DNA from: Mesotaenium endlicherianum
Lineage: Eukaryota
Assembly (NCBI GenBank): GCA_009602735.1
Contig: WELA01002336.1
Location: 125,853-189,852 of the forward strand
Reading direction: 5' to 3'
DNA length: 64,000 nt
Shown here: positions 61,791 to 64,000 of the stretch, in pieces
How positions within the stretch are numbered: position 1 is the first letter of the stretch
Layout: each line of letters opens with the position of its first letter
The notes under the pieces: model-generated
The model's database searches: none
The model's input: the letters and a program-made list of their open reading frames with translations, nothing else
What the model was told of the DNA's origin: nothing
Position numbers and translations under genes: made by a program

Positions 61791-63147
61791 ACCAGGGTAT
61801 TGTTCTAAGCACTGGCTGAGGCCTTTCGCAGGAAGAAGAGCTTGATTAAATACAACTTATGCACAAGTAAAAGTTGGGAAGAAATGCAACCGAAATATGC
61901 AAGAGAGCCCTGTAACCCTTCTAGTCCTTACTCTACCGTCACAAAATTTGCGTGTTAATTGGTTCTCGTGCATGAGCAACTTAAGTTGCGCGTGGCAGTG
62001 CCTGCTATTTAGCAGTGCTTTCGTGCAGCTCTTGTGTGCTCTCGTCACGTTCCGAACTCTTCCGAAGACTTTCAGTGCCACTTCGGTACGAATTCTGATG
62101 AGAAGTTCTAGGAAGCGATGGGACCATGGATGGGACATGGTGGATTGACACGCGCTAAGAGAATACGTGGAAGGACATTTATAATCGCAGGCCGGATAGC
62201 TTACAAATTAAAAACCACCGAGAAAGACCTGGTGAACACGGCTGCTGTGTCGATGAACGCGTGGATATCGACTTGTTTTGATTTAACAATTCATTTGTAT
62301 GTCCATGAAATCTTCATATACATCTAAATGAGATAATGCAGGTTGGAATAAATTAAGAGTGCACGGATGTCGCGACTACTATCCGTTTGACGGTGCCGCA
62401 CGTGCAGCGCAAGCTACGGCCACCCAGGTACGGAAAGTCAACGTTGACTCACCGACCACTTGACTGATTTCGTCGCAGTCAGCGGTTATGTCAGCATCAA
62501 GACCACTGGCAAGGGGTCAATGTCAATGTGCCCCACACCCAGGAATGGGGGAGATTTTGACAGCATAGACAGCCGTGAGACTAGAAGCTGGGGATCGGTG
62601 ATGAGCCGCCCAGCAGGTACCAAGTCCACTATTGTGTGACTGGCAAATTATGCCAGGTCATGGCCGCAATGCCAAGATAGATTACGGCCGCTCGAGTGGG
62701 AATCTTGAGCAAGTGGCATTTTCTTGTACACATTGTGCAGGAGCTCTTAGTCACGAGCCAATTAGGCGTGACTGCCAGTTGAGAAGCTAAGCAGCCACGC
62801 GCGACAGTCACGAGGTGTGCATGCATGCTGAGTGACTACGAGTTTGAGTTGAGCATGGCTAGGCAGAAGCGACATGCAGCTAAGCTTTGTGACTAAGCAC
62901 GGCATTCTCGAAGGATGACGCTGTGTGGTGCCTGCGAAAGGCACGAACCTTGCCTGAGACATGTCATTCACTCTCACGCACTTTTGCCAAGAAGCAGAGG
63001 AAGCAGAAGGAAGGAGAAGAAGGGCGCGAAGAAGAAGAAGGAGTTTCCAAGGCCATTGGAGGGCCGAGGCCCCACGCTTCTGCCGACGCTGAAGATTCTT
63101 CTCAGTGTATCATAGATAAGTTAGGATTGTAGGAGTTCCCAAGAGGG

Positions 63148-64000
63148 AATCTCACTGTTGACAGCAGGAGGACTGCAGAATAGAATCTGTTAGGAGATCA
63201 GCACGGATTCGGCCGAACGCCACAAGTGTTTGTGAAGCAGCCTTAAAATGGTGAGTTGTGTGTTGGTTTCCAGGTTCTGATTGAGAATGTACATCCAGGG
63301 ATGGATTATAACCAGATGAAGTCAGGAGATCCATGGCTGATTTTCGACTCCACCTTGGGTCATCATGTATTGATCAACGACGCCAGGCACGGAGGACTCT
63401 CACACCGGGCCAGACTATTCGGGACCAACAATATGTCCATTGAAATCGACGCACGACGGGGAAGCACAGTGGAGAGAGCCGACAGCTGAAGAGAAGGGAA
63501 GGTGCCTGGGTGTACCCAACTCCATTGCACAAGAAATTGTTGCGATGGTGGGATAGGACGACGCTGGGAAGATATTCGGCAATATGATTGGGCTTCACTC
63601 CATGACATGGTTGGTGGAGACGATTATGACTTGGCAGCAGATGACGTTCTCTAACAAGCCTATGCCCAGGCCGAGACCAGTAACGATTGGAGTCCATGTG
63701 GTGCCAACCTCTGATCAGAGAGCTATCAGAGAAGCGCATCGGCGACAAGAAGAACATAGTGTTGAAAGGGACGCAGCTGAGGTTGACCAAGATGAAACAC
63801 TCAGAGAAACCAGAGTGGTGGAGCTGACCAAGTGTCAAGACCTATTGGCGCGAATTGACAATCGGATGGCGGCTCAACACGACCCTCTGGAAAGAGAGCT
63901 GCGAAGGCTGCGAGAAGACGTAGCCATGGAAGACCAGGCAACTGGTGCAGCAAACCCTTTGGTGAGCGCTGCAGCAAGCAAACCACAGGAGGTTCCATTA
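63148..64000 (+). pseudogene. Degenerate C5 DNA methyltransferase relic, probably part of another retroelement continuing beyond the window
   Basis: VLIENV (ENV at 63283-63291) and LINDARHGGLSHRARLFGTN (motif VIII); after a frame change, WREPTAEEKGRCLGVP (motif IX) and *...KIFGNMIGLHSMTWLV (motif X); open frame from 63557 to the window end. Confidence 0.65.

Noticed and set aside
1..64000. Apparent cluster of chromatin domains (2 PHD, 2 chromo, 2 DNMT) as one functional locus
   Set aside because: Four of the six are transposon-borne or probably so, and the host genes are unrelated; co-location is plausibly chance.

Overview
Eukaryotic, intron-rich genomic window. The gene set is plant-like and the exons are GC-rich with (TG)n-rich introns, which suggests a streptophyte alga (inference only). 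Contents in order: (1) 1-6960, a decayed Ty3/Gypsy retrotransposon whose single polyprotein frame reads aspartic protease - C5 cytosine DNA methyltransferase - [RT missing] - RNase H - integrase - PHD finger; it is broken by three in-frame stops and a 737-bp nested solo LTR with a CCGCA target-site duplication. (2) An orphan NAGS/argA-like exon at about 8 kb. (3) An 11-exon MS1/MMD1-family PHD-finger gene (+). (4) An At5g66230-like gene (-) with an extra C-terminal chromodomain. (5) An ABCG24/28-type half transporter (-) with degenerate Q-loop, signature and H-switch. (6) An intact young chromoviral Ty3/Gypsy element (51040-57719) with 503-bp LTRs, TTTGC TSD and a -1 frameshift. (7) A three-exon temperature-induced lipocalin (TIL, -). 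(8) At the right edge, a second, divergent, broken C5-methyltransferase relic. The most notable signal is the retroelement-borne methyltransferase plus PHD reader, with a related methyltransferase appearing again about 60 kb away. All coordinates and motifs were read by eye; no database searches were run.
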